Positions 63,163 to 64,000 of a stretch of 64,000 nt of DNA are shown in pieces. Origin of the DNA: an uncultured Gemmatimonadales bacterium (GTDB lineage Bacteria; Gemmatimonadota; Gemmatimonadetes; Gemmatimonadales; GWC2-71-9); NCBI GenBank assembly GCA_963830455.1, contig CAWHMT010000004.1:114644-178643 (forward strand). Direction: 5' to 3'. Within the stretch, counting starts at the first letter, position 1, and each line of letters begins with the position of its first letter. The notes under the pieces were generated by a model, which searched no databases, was not told the DNA's origin, and saw only the letters and a list, made by a program, of their open reading frames with translations. A program made the position numbers and the translations under genes.

Positions 63163-64000
63163 TGTCGCCGCGGACGCCGGCCGCCCCGCGCCACTCGAGC
63201 CCGGTGCCCGCTCCCCAAACTGCGGAGGCCGGACCGGAGCTCGTCGAGCGAACTCGCCCGGACCGCGTCGTGCTTTCCGCGCGTGACGGTGAAGCGCAGC
63301 GGCCGGTCGAACGGCGGCAAATCCCCTGGATGGAGCCGCCGCGCCTGCCCTTCCTTCAGCCGCAGCCGCACCACTCCTCCGACGCCCGGCTCGACATCGT
63401 AGTCCACAGGCACGCGGTCCCCGTAAAGGAAGACCGACGAGGGCAGGGCATCGAGGCGATGGCGTTCGCTCTCGGCGATCGCCTGCTCCGGATCGAGCGC
63501 GACGCGTGCGGCGATGAACGAATCCCACGAAGTGACGGCGATCAGTTGGGCCGCGATTTGGCTCTTGATCTGCCCACTTTCAGCCTGCGCGAGCCGCCCC
63601 CCCGAGCGCCGCCAGTAGAACCCAAACCGCTCCAAGGCGCGGCGGACTTTGCCCTGATCGGGATGAGGCGTCTCACCCGCCACGAATGCGTCCGCCAGCG
63701 CTCCACGAGCAGCGTCAGCCAGGTCAGCCGAGAACGGCGAGTGGAGGGGCTCCACTTCCCGCTCGAGCGTGAACCCGAAGTACTCCACCGTGCGCTCCAG
63801 CATCAGGCCTTCGCGACGGCGCTGGCGCTCGAACACGACGTTAGGCCGGCCGCGCCGCGCGTACCTGCGAATCGCGCGCTCCGGGATCTGCGTTCCTTCG
63901 ATGCTGGCTCGGGGGACGCCGAAGCGATCGGCGAAGTAACGCAGGGTCCCGGCGATCGCACCCCAACTGCCGCAGACGGAGCTGCGACTCACACGCGCCT
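63159..64000 (-). CDS. C-terminal part of a larger protein, possibly a helicase-associated (HrpA/HrpB-like) C-terminal region; 5' end outside window
   Basis: Coding-like composition to the window edge. The weak resemblance of ...LDALPSSVFLYGDRVPVDYDVEPGVGGVVRLRLKEGQARRL... to HrpB_C-type domains is from memory only. Confidence 0.4.
   Translation of the reverse strand, partial: ARVSRSSVCGSWGAIAGTLRYFADRFGVPRASIEGTQIPERAIRRYARRGRPNVVFERQRRREGLMLERTVEYFGFTLEREVEPLHSPFSADLADAARGALADAFVAGETPHPDQGKVRRALERFGFYWRRSGGRLAQAESGQIKSQIAAQLIAVTSWDSFIAARVALDPEQAIAESERHRLDALPSSVFLYGDRVPVDYDVEPGVGGVVRLRLKEGQARRLHPGDLPPFDRPLRFTVTRGKHDAVRASSLDELRSGLRSLGSGHRARVARGGRRPRRH

Noticed and set aside
1-64000. rRNA, tRNA, tmRNA, transposase/integrase genes, or prophage or integrative-element boundaries.
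   Set aside because: Intergenic spaces are almost all under 100 nt. The three longer ones (26970-27180, 47098-47435, 62506-62670) show no cloverleaf-like or rRNA-like sequence. No ORF has transposase, integrase or phage signatures.

Overview
High-G+C bacterial chromosomal segment. Third codon positions are almost always G/C, so long antisense shadow ORFs are everywhere. It is probably from a Gram-negative such as Gemmatimonadota or Acidobacteriota; that is inference from Oar-type TonB receptors and gene content only. I support about 55 protein genes and find no rRNA/tRNA, CRISPR, transposase or integrase. Genes are tightly packed with many 1-4 nt stop/start overlaps.

Layout:
(i) 1-15.5 kb: glycan (probably beta-glucan) utilisation locus with a GH5-like enzyme, Na+/sugar symporter, plug-only lipoprotein, galM, GH13, GH3 bglX, Oar-like TonB receptor and a GH144-like glucoamylase-family protein.
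(ii) 15.6-27.9 kb: redox, nucleoside and metal genes, including a mntR-mntH-usp operon with a DtxR-type operator.
(iii) 27.9-31.1 kb: ECF sigma / anti-sigma / 2x DUF4097 operon ending in a clean terminator.
(iv) 31.2-36.4 kb: isolated two-gene module of an Eco57I/PglX-like N6-adenine methyltransferase plus a SNF2 helicase whose N-terminus lies in another frame.
(v) 36.5-42.8 kb: HAD/aminotransferase/ALDH operon, a frameshifted PiT phosphate transporter with its DUF47 partner, and an APC permease.
(vi) 42.85-57.5 kb: three DNA-repair transcription units, namely Zn-ribbon micro-ORF + SplB-like radical SAM, imuB + hidden small ORF + dnaE2, and lhr.

Most interesting signal: each of the three repair units is preceded by the same 17-bp box TTCGGG-N5-TTCGGG lying over a TATATT -10. 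I propose it is an undescribed DNA-damage (SOS-like) operator. The same genes carry unusual 7-8-nt and 20-nt tandem or inverted repeat arrays.

Other themes: leaderless promoters, CTGA stop/start junctions implying CUG initiation, conserved N-termini without a canonical start codon, and two copies of a C-rich G-quadruplex/i-motif element.
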